From Pirellulaceae bacterium (lineage in GTDB: Bacteria; Planctomycetota; Planctomycetia; Pirellulales; Pirellulaceae), in NCBI GenBank assembly GCA_047620805.1, contig JBLHLE010000060.1:1-13568 (forward strand): a DNA stretch of 13,568 bases. Reading direction: 5' to 3'. Positions within the stretch are counted from its first letter, which is position 1. The number at the start of each line of letters is the position of its first letter. A program made the translations under genes and the position numbers. A model generated the notes under the pieces. It saw nothing but the letters and a program-made list of their open reading frames with translations, did no database searches and was not told the origin of the DNA. This document shows positions 1-8,596 of this stretch, piece by piece.

Positions 1-118
1 CCGAAAACTAGACGAACACTTAGAAAATCTCCGAAATTCCGCGAATCTACTTTGCACTCGGGCGAATATATCGTTAATGAGTCAATGAAAGATTCATGCT
101 CATTTCTGGAGAGTGGCA

Positions 119-733
119 ATGCAAACACTAGAACTATGTTTTTCGGGACCCATGCTCCCAGCAACAACCCTGTTGTTGTTGACGACGGCCTATTGGCTGG
201 TGGTAATACTGGGAGCGGCTGGTTTTGACGCTCTCGATTTCGACATCGATGCCGACGGCGTCGGCGATCTTGAAAATTCCCTGAGCTTAGGACTGATCGG
301 ACTAAGGTTTTTGAACCTCGGTCGCGTACCTTTGATGATTTGGCTAAGCATTTTCGCGCTGATTGCCTGGTTGGCAACAGCATTGACCTACACACCATCG
401 GACAACGAAACGCTGCTACACAATGCACTAATATTATTGCGAAGTGGCGGCATTGGAATCGTTGCCACGAAGATTTTGACTCAGCCTCTGGTAAAGATGT
501 TCGAGGGTCACGGACCGGTCAAAGGCCAGGACCTGATCGGAAAGTCGTGCGTGATAACGACTCACGAAGCCACGGACCGCGCGGGGCAAGCACGAGTAAA
601 ACATGAAGGTGGAGCTCCATTGCTCCTCAATGTTCGCTCTCAGGATGGAAAATTTGGTAAGGGTGACGAAGCCCAGATCAAGGACTTCGACGCAGTAAAG
701 AATGTTTACTTGGTCGGTAAATTCAACCTCTAA
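119..733 (+). CDS. NfeD-family membrane protein (short-form NfeD, YqiJ/YuaF-like), first gene of flotillin operon
   Basis: ORF 113..733; the preferred start is ATG at 119, with a GGAG Shine-Dalgarno at 108-111 about 7 nt upstream, and GTG at 113 is an alternative. The N-terminal half is hydrophobic with several predicted TM helices and an acidic DxDxD cluster (FDALDFDIDADGVGD). The C-terminal ~70 aa (GQDLIGKSCVITTHEATDRAGQARVKHEGGAPLLLNVRSQDGKFGKGDEAQIKDFDAVKNVYLV) has the pattern of the NfeD OB-fold domain. Its stop lies 10 nt before the start of a flotillin gene, which is the classic nfeD-SPFH operon arrangement (E. coli yqiJK, B. subtilis yuaF-floT). Confidence 0.72.
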   Translation: MQTLELCFSGPMLPATTLLLLTTAYWLVVILGAAGFDALDFDIDADGVGDLENSLSLGLIGLRFLNLGRVPLMIWLSIFALIAWLATALTYTPSDNETLLHNALILLRSGGIGIVATKILTQPLVKMFEGHGPVKGQDLIGKSCVITTHEATDRAGQARVKHEGGAPLLLNVRSQDGKFGKGDEAQIKDFDAVKNVYLVGKFNL

Positions 734-743
734 GGTGTAGACG

Positions 744-2825
744 ATGAACGGATATGTGATTTTTGGGTTAACTGCCGGCGGTCTTTTCATACTGCTTGTT
801 GGCATCCTTATAATGGTATCGAATTGGTATCGTAAGGTGGGTCCAGAAGAAGCGATTGTTCGCTCGGGTATGGGGGGACTCTCCATCGCCGTCGGCAGAG
901 GCTTGATGGTGTATCCAGTCGTTCACCGATACGAAATCATGGATCTCTCGATCAAGCGAATCGAAATTCGCCGACGAGGAGAAGAGGGGTTGATCTGCCA
1001 AGACAACATTCGCGCAGACATCGAAGTGGTGTTCTTCATAAAGGTCAATAATCGCCAAGAAGACATCCTTCAGGTGGCCGAATCGATCGGCTGCCAACGC
1101 GCCTCCGAGCAAAGCAAATTGATCGAACTGTTCGACGCCAAATTCTCCGAAGGCCTGAAGACCGTTGGTAAACGCTTCGACTTCGTAGAACTTTACAACG
1201 AACGCGATAAGTTCAAGGCCGGAATTGTGGATGTCATTGGCACCGACCTCAATGGCTACGTCCTCGACGACTGTGCGATCGACTTCCTCGAGCAGACACC
1301 ACTCGAAAAGTTGAATCCTCAGAACATCTTGGATGCTGAAGGCATCAAGAAGATTACAAACCTGACTTCACGTGAGCATATCCTCAGTAACGAGATCAAA
1401 CGCGAGAAGGAAAAAGTAATCACCAAACAAGATGTCGAAGCTCGCGAAGCGATTCTCGCACTGGAACGTCAGCAAGTGGAAGCCGAGCAAAAGCAACGTC
1501 GCGAAATCACGGAAATCACGGCTCGCGAACAAGCTCAAGGCTTGAAAGTCCAGGAAGAAGAGCGGCTCAAAGCAGAGACAGCTCGGATTCAAACGGAAGA
1601 GCATATTCGTGTTGCGGAAGAGAACAAAGATCGGCAGATCATCGTTGCCCAACGCAATAAAGAACGAACCGACCAGGTGGAGACGGAGCGCGTCGAGAAG
1701 GACAGGCAACTTGAAGCCACCGAACGCGAACGAGTCGTCTCGATTGCTCAAATCGAAAAAGACAAGGCTATCGAAATCGAGAAACGTAACATCCAAGAAG
1801 TGATTCGCGAACGAGTCGTAGTCGAACGAGCGGTCGTCGAAGAACAAGAACGGATTAAAGATACGGAAGAATTCGCAGCTGCCGATCGTTCTAAGCAGGT
1901 GAAGATTACCAAAGCTGAAGAAGAAGCTGAACAATCCTTGGTCAAGGAAGTGAAAGCAGCGGAAGCAGCGAAGCAATCTGCAGCCTTGCACGCCGAACAA
2001 GTCGTTATCGAAGCCGAAGCTCAACGGGCGTCGGCGGAGAAAGAAACGCAAGCGACCAAGATGTTGGCCGAAGCGAAAACTGCGGACGAAGCTGCCATCG
2101 GCCTGGCTCAAGCTCAGGTGCAAATCGCCAAAGCTGAATCCCTTGAAAAAGAAGGCGTCGCGGAAGCGAGTGTTATCCAGAAGAAAGCCGAAGCCTCGGC
2201 GAAGGGTAAAGAAGCCAACGCTGCTGCCATCGAAAAAGAAGGTACTGCGGAAGCAACTGTCCTGAGGCTGAAATACAGCAGCGAAGCTTCTGGTATCGAA
2301 GAGAAGGCCGAAGCGATGAAATTGTTCGACGGCGTTGGCCGCGAGCACGAAGAATTTAAGATTCGGCTCGAGAAGGACAAGGAAATCGAGATCGCCGGAA
2401 TCAAGGCACAACAAGAGATTGCCCAAGCCCAATCACACATCGTGGGCGAAGCTCTCAAGAGTGCTCGAATCGACATCGTCGGTGGCGAGACCGAGTTCTT
2501 CGATCGCATCGTCGACTCCATCAAGGGCGGCAAAGCGGTCGACCGTTTGGTCAACAGCAGCGGTGTATTGCTCGACGTGAAGAATACCTTCTTCAACGGC
2601 AACCCGGATTACTTCAAAGACAAAGTAAAGGGTCTGATCACCGAGTTCAACTTGAGCACGGATGACGTCAAAGACCTGTCGATCGCAGCCTTCGTGGCGA
2701 AGCTGATGGGCATGGCCAGTGACGATGGAACTCGCTCTGAGCTCGGAAGACTGCTCGAGTCCGTTTCCAGTGCGGGATTGGTCGGAACGACGGTATCCGC
2801 GCTCGGCCTGGGACCGAAGAAGTAA
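744..2825 (+). CDS. Flotillin-family SPFH/band-7 protein (YqiK/FloT-type) with extended coiled-coil region
   Basis: ATG at 744 has an AGGTG Shine-Dalgarno 8 nt upstream. There is an N-terminal TM helix (VIFGLTAGGLFILLVGILIMV) followed by WYRKVGPEEAIVRSGMGG. An SPFH-domain-like region (VVFFIKV, LNPQNILDAEGIKKITNLT) matches YqiK/flotillin hallmarks as I recall them. A ~300-aa E/A/K/Q/R-rich coiled coil follows, then a conserved C-terminal flotillin tail. At 693 aa it is longer than typical bacterial flotillins (about 500-550 aa). Confidence 0.85.
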   Translation: MNGYVIFGLTAGGLFILLVGILIMVSNWYRKVGPEEAIVRSGMGGLSIAVGRGLMVYPVVHRYEIMDLSIKRIEIRRRGEEGLICQDNIRADIEVVFFIKVNNRQEDILQVAESIGCQRASEQSKLIELFDAKFSEGLKTVGKRFDFVELYNERDKFKAGIVDVIGTDLNGYVLDDCAIDFLEQTPLEKLNPQNILDAEGIKKITNLTSREHILSNEIKREKEKVITKQDVEAREAILALERQQVEAEQKQRREITEITAREQAQGLKVQEEERLKAETARIQTEEHIRVAEENKDRQIIVAQRNKERTDQVETERVEKDRQLEATERERVVSIAQIEKDKAIEIEKRNIQEVIRERVVVERAVVEEQERIKDTEEFAAADRSKQVKITKAEEEAEQSLVKEVKAAEAAKQSAALHAEQVVIEAEAQRASAEKETQATKMLAEAKTADEAAIGLAQAQVQIAKAESLEKEGVAEASVIQKKAEASAKGKEANAAAIEKEGTAEATVLRLKYSSEASGIEEKAEAMKLFDGVGREHEEFKIRLEKDKEIEIAGIKAQQEIAQAQSHIVGEALKSARIDIVGGETEFFDRIVDSIKGGKAVDRLVNSSGVLLDVKNTFFNGNPDYFKDKVKGLITEFNLSTDDVKDLSIAAFVAKLMGMASDDGTRSELGRLLESVSSAGLVGTTVSALGLGPKK

Positions 2826-2849
2826 GTCCGAGGGTAGAAGAACCAAGCT

Positions 2850-2880
2850 AGGCGACTCGATCTATCCGATCGGGTCGCCT
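2850..2880 (+). terminator. Strong stem-loop 24 nt downstream of the flotillin stop; possible attenuator, partial terminator or RNA-stabilising hairpin
   Basis: AGGCGACUCGAUC (2850-2862) pairs with GAUCGGGUCGCCU (2868-2880), giving a 13-bp stem with one U-G wobble and a 5-nt loop (UAUCC). The downstream sequence (UCGCUUGAGUCUACUUUCGCUC) is only weakly U-rich, so this is not a canonical intrinsic terminator. Confidence 0.3.
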
Positions 2881-3051
2881 TCGCTTGAGTCTACTTTCGC
2901 TCACCGCACGTAGCGTGACCGTCTGGCCTCAGCGTATCTCGCTCACGCGAATAGCCGGAATCAGTCCCACTACTTGGCACAAGTTGTCCACGCCTAAACC
3001 ACCCACTCCACAATCTTGGCAAGTGACGACGTAACCGACCTGGAAGCTCGC

Positions 3052-6000
3052 ATGTCTGATGCAGAACTAGCCAACGCAACAAAAGACAACGAACAAGTTG
3101 CCTTAGAGGGTGGTACGTACGAGATCATTCGCAACCGCCTCCTCAACCAAGGCGGCGAACTGAAGACACGCCTCGAGAAGCTAAACGCGGGTCGAAAAGA
3201 AGTCTTTGGCTCGATCAACAACGCGTTACTCGGCACCGAACGGATCACCACCGACCACAATTGCGTCCCGCGCGATATGGTCGCGATCGGCAACAAGCTG
3301 ATCTTCGGATACAATGTTCACTTCGGTCTCAAGAGCGAAATAAACGTCGGCGACGTCTTCGCCGTCTACGAATTCAAAGACAAACTGTTTCATGGCCAGT
3401 CGCTGGACATGATCAATCAGGATCAGTTCGTTCGCGATTTCGGCGAAGTCTACCGATATTACAAGAATGCCGAGTTCTCGCGATTCTTCGTCCGCAAGGG
3501 ATTCCTGTACATGGTTTTCCAAGTGGGCCGCGCGGCCAACGACATCAAGTCGCTCAAATGGCTCATCGAAGGAGATTCACTACGCTACATCGATAGCCGT
3601 AGCGACCATGAAGTGAAGCCTCCGCCGCAGTACGACTTCGAGTGGATTCGGACAACCCGAGATCAACACCGCGCCGGTGACCACCCTCATATCTCCATCG
3701 CCGACCGAGTATTTGTCGAGTGCGTTGGCGGCGACCTGACGATCAAGATCGAAAACAACACCGAATCCGGCCAAGGCATTTACGCCGAAGACGTCGACAA
3801 CAAAGACCAAACGCTGGACGACGCCGAAATCTACTACGCCATCGTCGGCAACATCATACTCTTCAAGATCCGCCCTTACCAAGAAAAGCAGTTTCGCTAT
3901 ATCGTCTTTAACGAGAAGATTCAGCGGGCGATCCGTATCGACTCCATTGAGCACTCCTGCGTCCTGCTTCCCGATGACCACGGCTTGATTTTCTCCAACG
4001 GCTACTACTTACAAGACGGCGAGTACAAGACTTTTGAGAACGAACTGACGGACATGAAATTCGAGCGACGAGTTCTCGCTCAAAACGGCGAAGACTATCT
4101 CTACGTCTTCTACAACACTATTGCTGGTGTGTACGTCCAACTGCATTACAACTTGATTCAGCAAAAAGTCGACACGCCACTGATCTGTCACGGTTCGACG
4201 TTTTTCGACGGCGGCGAAATGTTGTGTTTCAAAACACACGACGAACCGCAAAAGCACCACGCCATCCAGATTTGGCAAACGCCATACGTGGGTCAAGACT
4301 ACATCCCGCACACGAATACCGACTCGTTTCTGTACAAGATCGGTAACCGCGACCTGGTCCGCGGCATGGCGGAATGCCACGAGGTCATGTCGCTGATCAA
4401 CAAGGAAGACACTTACGAGGGCCTGTACGTTGACCTCGTCCGCAAAGCGGGAGACGTGCTCGACTCGTATTTCTGGATCGGCAACCCGGAAACGCACAAC
4501 CTTGATGAGCCGCTGAAGAAAATTCGATCGACTGCAGAATCTGCGATCGAGGAGTTTGAAAAAGTTGTTCGAGTCAAGCAAAACACCGCAGGTGAAACGA
4601 AGCGAGTCGAAGATCAAACTCGCGAGATGCTGGCAGCATCGCATCATCGACGCTACGACATTATCGACGACTTCGTCACGACACTCGGCGACCTCCGCGG
4701 AGCGCGAGGGGAAGTCATTTCGCTGAAAGAACGCAAGTACGTCAACCACGCGTTACTCGAATCGCTCGAGAAAGAGGTTGCCGAGCAAAGCGAAAAAGTC
4801 GCTCAGAGATGCGTCCAATTCCTGCTCGACCCCAAAGCGCTCGGACCGTATCAAAAACGAGTTAACGAACATGTCGAGTTAATTCCACCGCTCCGAAAGG
4901 TGACGGCGGCCAAAGAACTGGAAGGGAAAATCTCCGACAGCGCCGCTGAACTTGAGATGTTGATCGACATCGTCAGCAATCTCAAGATCGACGACGCCAC
5001 CCACCGCACAACCATTATTGACAACATCTCGGTCATCTTCTCAACGATCAATCAGGCGCGAGCCGCGATCAAGACGAAGAAGAAGGATCTGATGTCGGTC
5101 GAAGGCGTCGCCGAATTCAATTCGCAAATGAAGCTGTTGAATCAAGGCGTCGTCAACTACTTAGACATCTGTGACAGTCCCGAGAAATGCGAAGAATTTC
5201 TTACCAAGGTCATGATTCAGCTCGAAGAGCTGGAAGGCCGCTTCGCAGAGTTTGACGAGTTCGTCATTCAACTGACGGACAAACGCGAAGAGATTTACAA
5301 CGCCTTTGAGACTCGAAAACTTTCGCTAATTGAAGCTCGAAATAGACGAGCGAGCTCGTTGATGTCCGCCGCCGAGCGGATTCTCAAGGGAATTAAATCT
5401 CGCGCCGATGGCATGGAGTCGGTCAACGACATCAATTCCTATTTTGCTGCGGACTTGATGATCGAGAAGATCCGCGACATTACGGGTCAATTGACGAAGT
5501 TAGACGACAACGTCAAAGTCGACGACATCCAAAGTCGCTTGAAGACGATCAAAGAAGACGCTGTACGCCAACTCAAGGACCGCCAAGACCTATTCGTCGG
5601 TGGCGCGAATATTATTCAGCTGGGGCAACATCGCTTCTCGGTCAACGTACAGCAGCTCGACCTCACGACGGTCCTCCGCGACGGCGAAATGCAGTTCCAT
5701 TTAACTGGCACTAATTTCTTCGAGAACATCGAAGACGAACTGTTGCTGTCGACCCGCCAGGTGTGGGACCAAGAAGTCATCTCGGAAACTCCGCAAGTCT
5801 ACCGCGGTGAATACTTAGCCTATCGCATCCACGAAGAGCTGGCGGGAAACACCGCCCCGTCGCTGCAAGACTTAGCCAACTTCAGCGACGAAGAGTTGTC
5901 CGCGTTCGTGCAAAGTTTTATGGGTCCACGTTACACCGAGGCCTACGTCAAGGGCGTCCACGATCAAGACGGAGCCAAGATCCTTCGTTGTCTGCTGGAA

Positions 6001-8580
6001 ATGAAATTCAGTATCGGCCTGTTGCGTTACCATTCAATCGCGCGATCGTTGGCTCGAGCCTATTGGAATAACTTCTGCGGCGGTGAACAGAAGGAACTGA
6101 TGTCGGCGAAGCTGCGAGGGTTCGGCACGATAAGTCAATTGTTCCCCGACTCGTCCGCGCAAATGGAATACGTCAAGCAGCTTCGCGGCATGATGAAAGA
6201 CTTCATCAACTGGTCCGGACTCTACGACGCCGAGTGGGTGCCGCCAGCTGCAGAGTATCTGTTCTACGAATTATCGGGGGGCGCGGGCTTTGCAACCAGC
6301 CGGATCGCGACCGACCTCTTCGACGAATTCCACACATTCCTACGCAGCAACACTTATGAAGAAAAATTCTCGCAAACAATGAAAGATGTCGCCGAAGATT
6401 CAGTGAGCAGCGTCCAATTGGCGCGAGATTGGATGTCGGCTTTCGTGGCGAACCGCCCCGACGCCAACGAAACTCAGGACTACATTGACGAAGCCGCCGT
6501 GTTATTGGTAGACGGAAAAGTGAATCGCGAACTGGTCGTCGATGGCCAAGTGCGACGCCAGCTGGATAGCATGATCGGTGCTCATGGAGTCATTCAGCAA
6601 CACAAGTATCACGTCAATTTCAACCAGTTCTTTGAAAAGCTGAATAAGTACGAACGAGAAATCGTGCCGCTATATCGGACATACATTGAACGCAAAAAGG
6701 AGATCGTCGACCATCAGCGCGAAGGCATGAAGCTCGACGAATTCAAACCTCGCGTGCTGACCTCGTTTGTCCGCAACAAGTTGATCGACGAAGTTTACCT
6801 GCCCATTATTGGCGACAATCTTGCCAAGCAAATCGGCGTGATAGGCGAAGGCAAACGCACCGACCTGATGGGATTACTGCTGCTGTTGTCGCCTCCCGGT
6901 TACGGTAAAACGACGTTAATGGAGTACATCGCCAACAGGCTTGGCGTGATCTTCATGAAGATCAATGGTCCGGCGATCGGCCATAACGTCACCTCCTTAG
7001 ACCCCAACGAAGCGCCCAACGCGGGCGCTCGCGAAGAGGTCGAGAAACTGAACTTGTCGCTGGAAATGGGCGACAATGTGATGATCTATCTCGACGATAT
7101 CCAACACTGCAATCCCGAGTTCTTACAGAAGTTCATCTCGCTTTGCGACGGGCAGCGAAAGATCGAAGGCGTCTACAAGGGTCGCACGCGAACCTACGAT
7201 CTACGCGGTCGCAAGGTGATCGTCGTCATGGCGGGCAACCCCTATACCGAAAGCGGCGAAAAGTTCCAGATCCCCGACATGCTCGCTAACCGGGCAGACG
7301 TATACAACTTGGGCGAGATCATCGGCGAAACCGCTCGAGCGTTCGAGATGAGTTACTTGGAAAACTGCCTGACTTCAAGCGCCGCACTGAATCGACTTGC
7401 GAGTCGCAGTCAGCAAGACGTCTACTCGATTATCAAAATCGCTGAGACCGACGACCGCGAGGGAATCGAGCTGGAAGGTTCGTACTCGTTGGAAGATGTT
7501 AGCGAAATGGTAACAGTGATGAAGAAACTGATGTACGTTCGGGATATCATCTTGAAGGTAAATCGCGAGTACATTCGTTCTGCCGCCCAATCCGACGACT
7601 ATCGAACCGAGCCACCGTTCAAACTGCAAGGTTCATACCGAAACATGAACCGTATCGCAGAGAAAGTCGTTCCAATCATGAACGACGAAGAGCTGCGCAC
7701 GCTCATCTTGTCGAACTACGAGAACGATTCTCAAACTCTGACGTCCGACAACGAAGCCAACATGCTGAAATTCAAAGAGCTAATGGAAATCCTCAACGAA
7801 GAGGAAGCTCTACGATGGGCCTCGATCAAACGAACATTCTCTCAGAATTTGAAAATGAGAGGCATCGATGCGGATGACTCGACCGGCCAAGTTATCTTAC
7901 AACTGCGCGAGTTCAACGACGGGCTCGAATCGATCCGACACGCGTTGAGCGATGGGGTGGCGAAAATCGCCTTTAATCGCCGCGAGCCAGAAGTGAAGCA
8001 GGCAGATCCAAGTCCACAGTTAGAAGAGCTAGTCGCCAACATCGGCAGTTTGCGAGATGGGCTGCACGGCATTCGAGAAGCGTTATCCGGCGGTATTTCG
8101 GAAGAGGCTTTCAAAGATCTTGCGGCTCAACTAAAAGAAATCGCTACGATTGCGCCAGCCCCAGCACTGCCTACAGCGAGCGACGGGCCTGTCGAAGCGC
8201 AGCTGGTGAACCCCGGCGGCGGACTCGACGACTTAACGCCACTCGCATCATCTAGTGCACCGTCGGCCAAAGAGTTAGACAAACTCATTGAAAGAAAGAT
8301 CACCGTACAGCACAAAGTTCCCCGCACGATCCTCAATGTTCTCAAGTCGCAATTTGAGCTGATGCACAACTGGATGGTGCCCATCTTCCACGCTCAGAAA
8401 GAGCAAGGTAAAGACTTCGGCAAATTGCAAAACTCGATGAACCTATGCTTAGACAACTACGAGTCGCTATTAAAAGAGCTCGAGTCCGCTGGCATTCGCA
8501 AGATCCCCAAGAAAAAGCGGGGGGACAAAACGGCGGACGAAACGCCCGAAACGACTCATTTCATCGACGACAATGAGTAG
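3052..8580 (+). CDS. Giant (~1840 aa) uncharacterised protein with a single MoxR/AAA_5-like AAA+ ATPase module; third gene of the NfeD-flotillin cluster
   Basis: A continuous ORF of 1854 codons begins at TTG 3016. The preferred start is ATG 3052, with a GGAAG Shine-Dalgarno 6 nt upstream. Walker A is LLLLLSPPGYGKTTL (nt 6898-6924). Walker B with the flanking AAA_3/AAA_5-type motif is MIYLDDIQHCNPEFLQKFISLCD, comparable to hhDEINRAxPxvQsaLLe. Sensor-1 is VIVVMAGNP. The first ~1250 aa have no motif I can assign; they are mixed beta-rich and coiled-coil. The C-terminal ~450 aa contain a duplicated ~40-aa motif, a Pro/Ala-rich linker and a basic tail (KIPKKKRGDK). Codon usage is uniform with the flanking genes. 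Confidence 0.8.
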   Translation: MSDAELANATKDNEQVALEGGTYEIIRNRLLNQGGELKTRLEKLNAGRKEVFGSINNALLGTERITTDHNCVPRDMVAIGNKLIFGYNVHFGLKSEINVGDVFAVYEFKDKLFHGQSLDMINQDQFVRDFGEVYRYYKNAEFSRFFVRKGFLYMVFQVGRAANDIKSLKWLIEGDSLRYIDSRSDHEVKPPPQYDFEWIRTTRDQHRAGDHPHISIADRVFVECVGGDLTIKIENNTESGQGIYAEDVDNKDQTLDDAEIYYAIVGNIILFKIRPYQEKQFRYIVFNEKIQRAIRIDSIEHSCVLLPDDHGLIFSNGYYLQDGEYKTFENELTDMKFERRVLAQNGEDYLYVFYNTIAGVYVQLHYNLIQQKVDTPLICHGSTFFDGGEMLCFKTHDEPQKHHAIQIWQTPYVGQDYIPHTNTDSFLYKIGNRDLVRGMAECHEVMSLINKEDTYEGLYVDLVRKAGDVLDSYFWIGNPETHNLDEPLKKIRSTAESAIEEFEKVVRVKQNTAGETKRVEDQTREMLAASHHRRYDIIDDFVTTLGDLRGARGEVISLKERKYVNHALLESLEKEVAEQSEKVAQRCVQFLLDPKALGPYQKRVNEHVELIPPLRKVTAAKELEGKISDSAAELEMLIDIVSNLKIDDATHRTTIIDNISVIFSTINQARAAIKTKKKDLMSVEGVAEFNSQMKLLNQGVVNYLDICDSPEKCEEFLTKVMIQLEELEGRFAEFDEFVIQLTDKREEIYNAFETRKLSLIEARNRRASSLMSAAERILKGIKSRADGMESVNDINSYFAADLMIEKIRDITGQLTKLDDNVKVDDIQSRLKTIKEDAVRQLKDRQDLFVGGANIIQLGQHRFSVNVQQLDLTTVLRDGEMQFHLTGTNFFENIEDELLLSTRQVWDQEVISETPQVYRGEYLAYRIHEELAGNTAPSLQDLANFSDEELSAFVQSFMGPRYTEAYVKGVHDQDGAKILRCLLEMKFSIGLLRYHSIARSLARAYWNNFCGGEQKELMSAKLRGFGTISQLFPDSSAQMEYVKQLRGMMKDFINWSGLYDAEWVPPAAEYLFYELSGGAGFATSRIATDLFDEFHTFLRSNTYEEKFSQTMKDVAEDSVSSVQLARDWMSAFVANRPDANETQDYIDEAAVLLVDGKVNRELVVDGQVRRQLDSMIGAHGVIQQHKYHVNFNQFFEKLNKYEREIVPLYRTYIERKKEIVDHQREGMKLDEFKPRVLTSFVRNKLIDEVYLPIIGDNLAKQIGVIGEGKRTDLMGLLLLLSPPGYGKTTLMEYIANRLGVIFMKINGPAIGHNVTSLDPNEAPNAGAREEVEKLNLSLEMGDNVMIYLDDIQHCNPEFLQKFISLCDGQRKIEGVYKGRTRTYDLRGRKVIVVMAGNPYTESGEKFQIPDMLANRADVYNLGEIIGETARAFEMSYLENCLTSSAALNRLASRSQQDVYSIIKIAETDDREGIELEGSYSLEDVSEMVTVMKKLMYVRDIILKVNREYIRSAAQSDDYRTEPPFKLQGSYRNMNRIAEKVVPIMNDEELRTLILSNYENDSQTLTSDNEANMLKFKELMEILNEEEALRWASIKRTFSQNLKMRGIDADDSTGQVILQLREFNDGLESIRHALSDGVAKIAFNRREPEVKQADPSPQLEELVANIGSLRDGLHGIREALSGGISEEAFKDLAAQLKEIATIAPAPALPTASDGPVEAQLVNPGGGLDDLTPLASSSAPSAKELDKLIERKITVQHKVPRTILNVLKSQFELMHNWMVPIFHAQKEQGKDFGKLQNSMNLCLDNYESLLKELESAGIRKIPKKKRGDKTADETPETTHFIDDNE
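6840..7330 (+). other. AAA+ (MoxR/AAA_5-like) ATPase module inside the giant ORF
   Basis: In linear order there is a P-loop GYGKTT, Walker B hhhhDD followed by IQHCNPEFLQKF, Sensor-1 asparagine in MAGNP, and then a helical lid region (ADVYNLGEIIGETARAFEMSYLEN). It is a single module, not a tandem hexamer-of-dimers arrangement. Confidence 0.7.
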
Positions 8581-8596
8581 AGTCACCTTCCCAGCG

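Noticed and set aside
52-80. Possible sigma-70-like promoter (TTGCAC-17 bp-TAATGA) upstream of the NfeD gene
   Set aside because: The -10 match is weak, and promoter consensus in this lineage is poorly defined. The true upstream context is cut off by the window edge.
1368-2432. 354-aa minus-strand ORF (F/L/R-rich) antisense to the flotillin gene
   Set aside because: It is a compositional artefact of reading the complement of GAA/GCN-rich coiled-coil codons. It has no start context and no plausible protein features, and it lies entirely inside a confidently assigned CDS. The same applies to the other antisense ORFs inside the flotillin gene (1748..1945, 2114..2602, 2433..2846).
2975-2991. Sigma-54-like element TGGCAC-aagt-TTGT upstream of the giant gene
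   Set aside because: The -24 element TGGCAC is perfect, but the -12 region reads TTGT instead of TTGC and the spacer is one nucleotide short (N3 instead of N4). Sigma-54 promoters are intolerant of spacing changes, so I do not call it.
4009-4749. 246-aa minus-strand ORF inside the giant gene, plus the other internal minus-strand ORFs (3226..3522, 3580..3981, 7375..7629, 7842..8114, 8127..8384)
   Set aside because: They lie within and antisense to a long, uniformly coding plus-strand ORF. None has a recognisable motif or an independent start signal.
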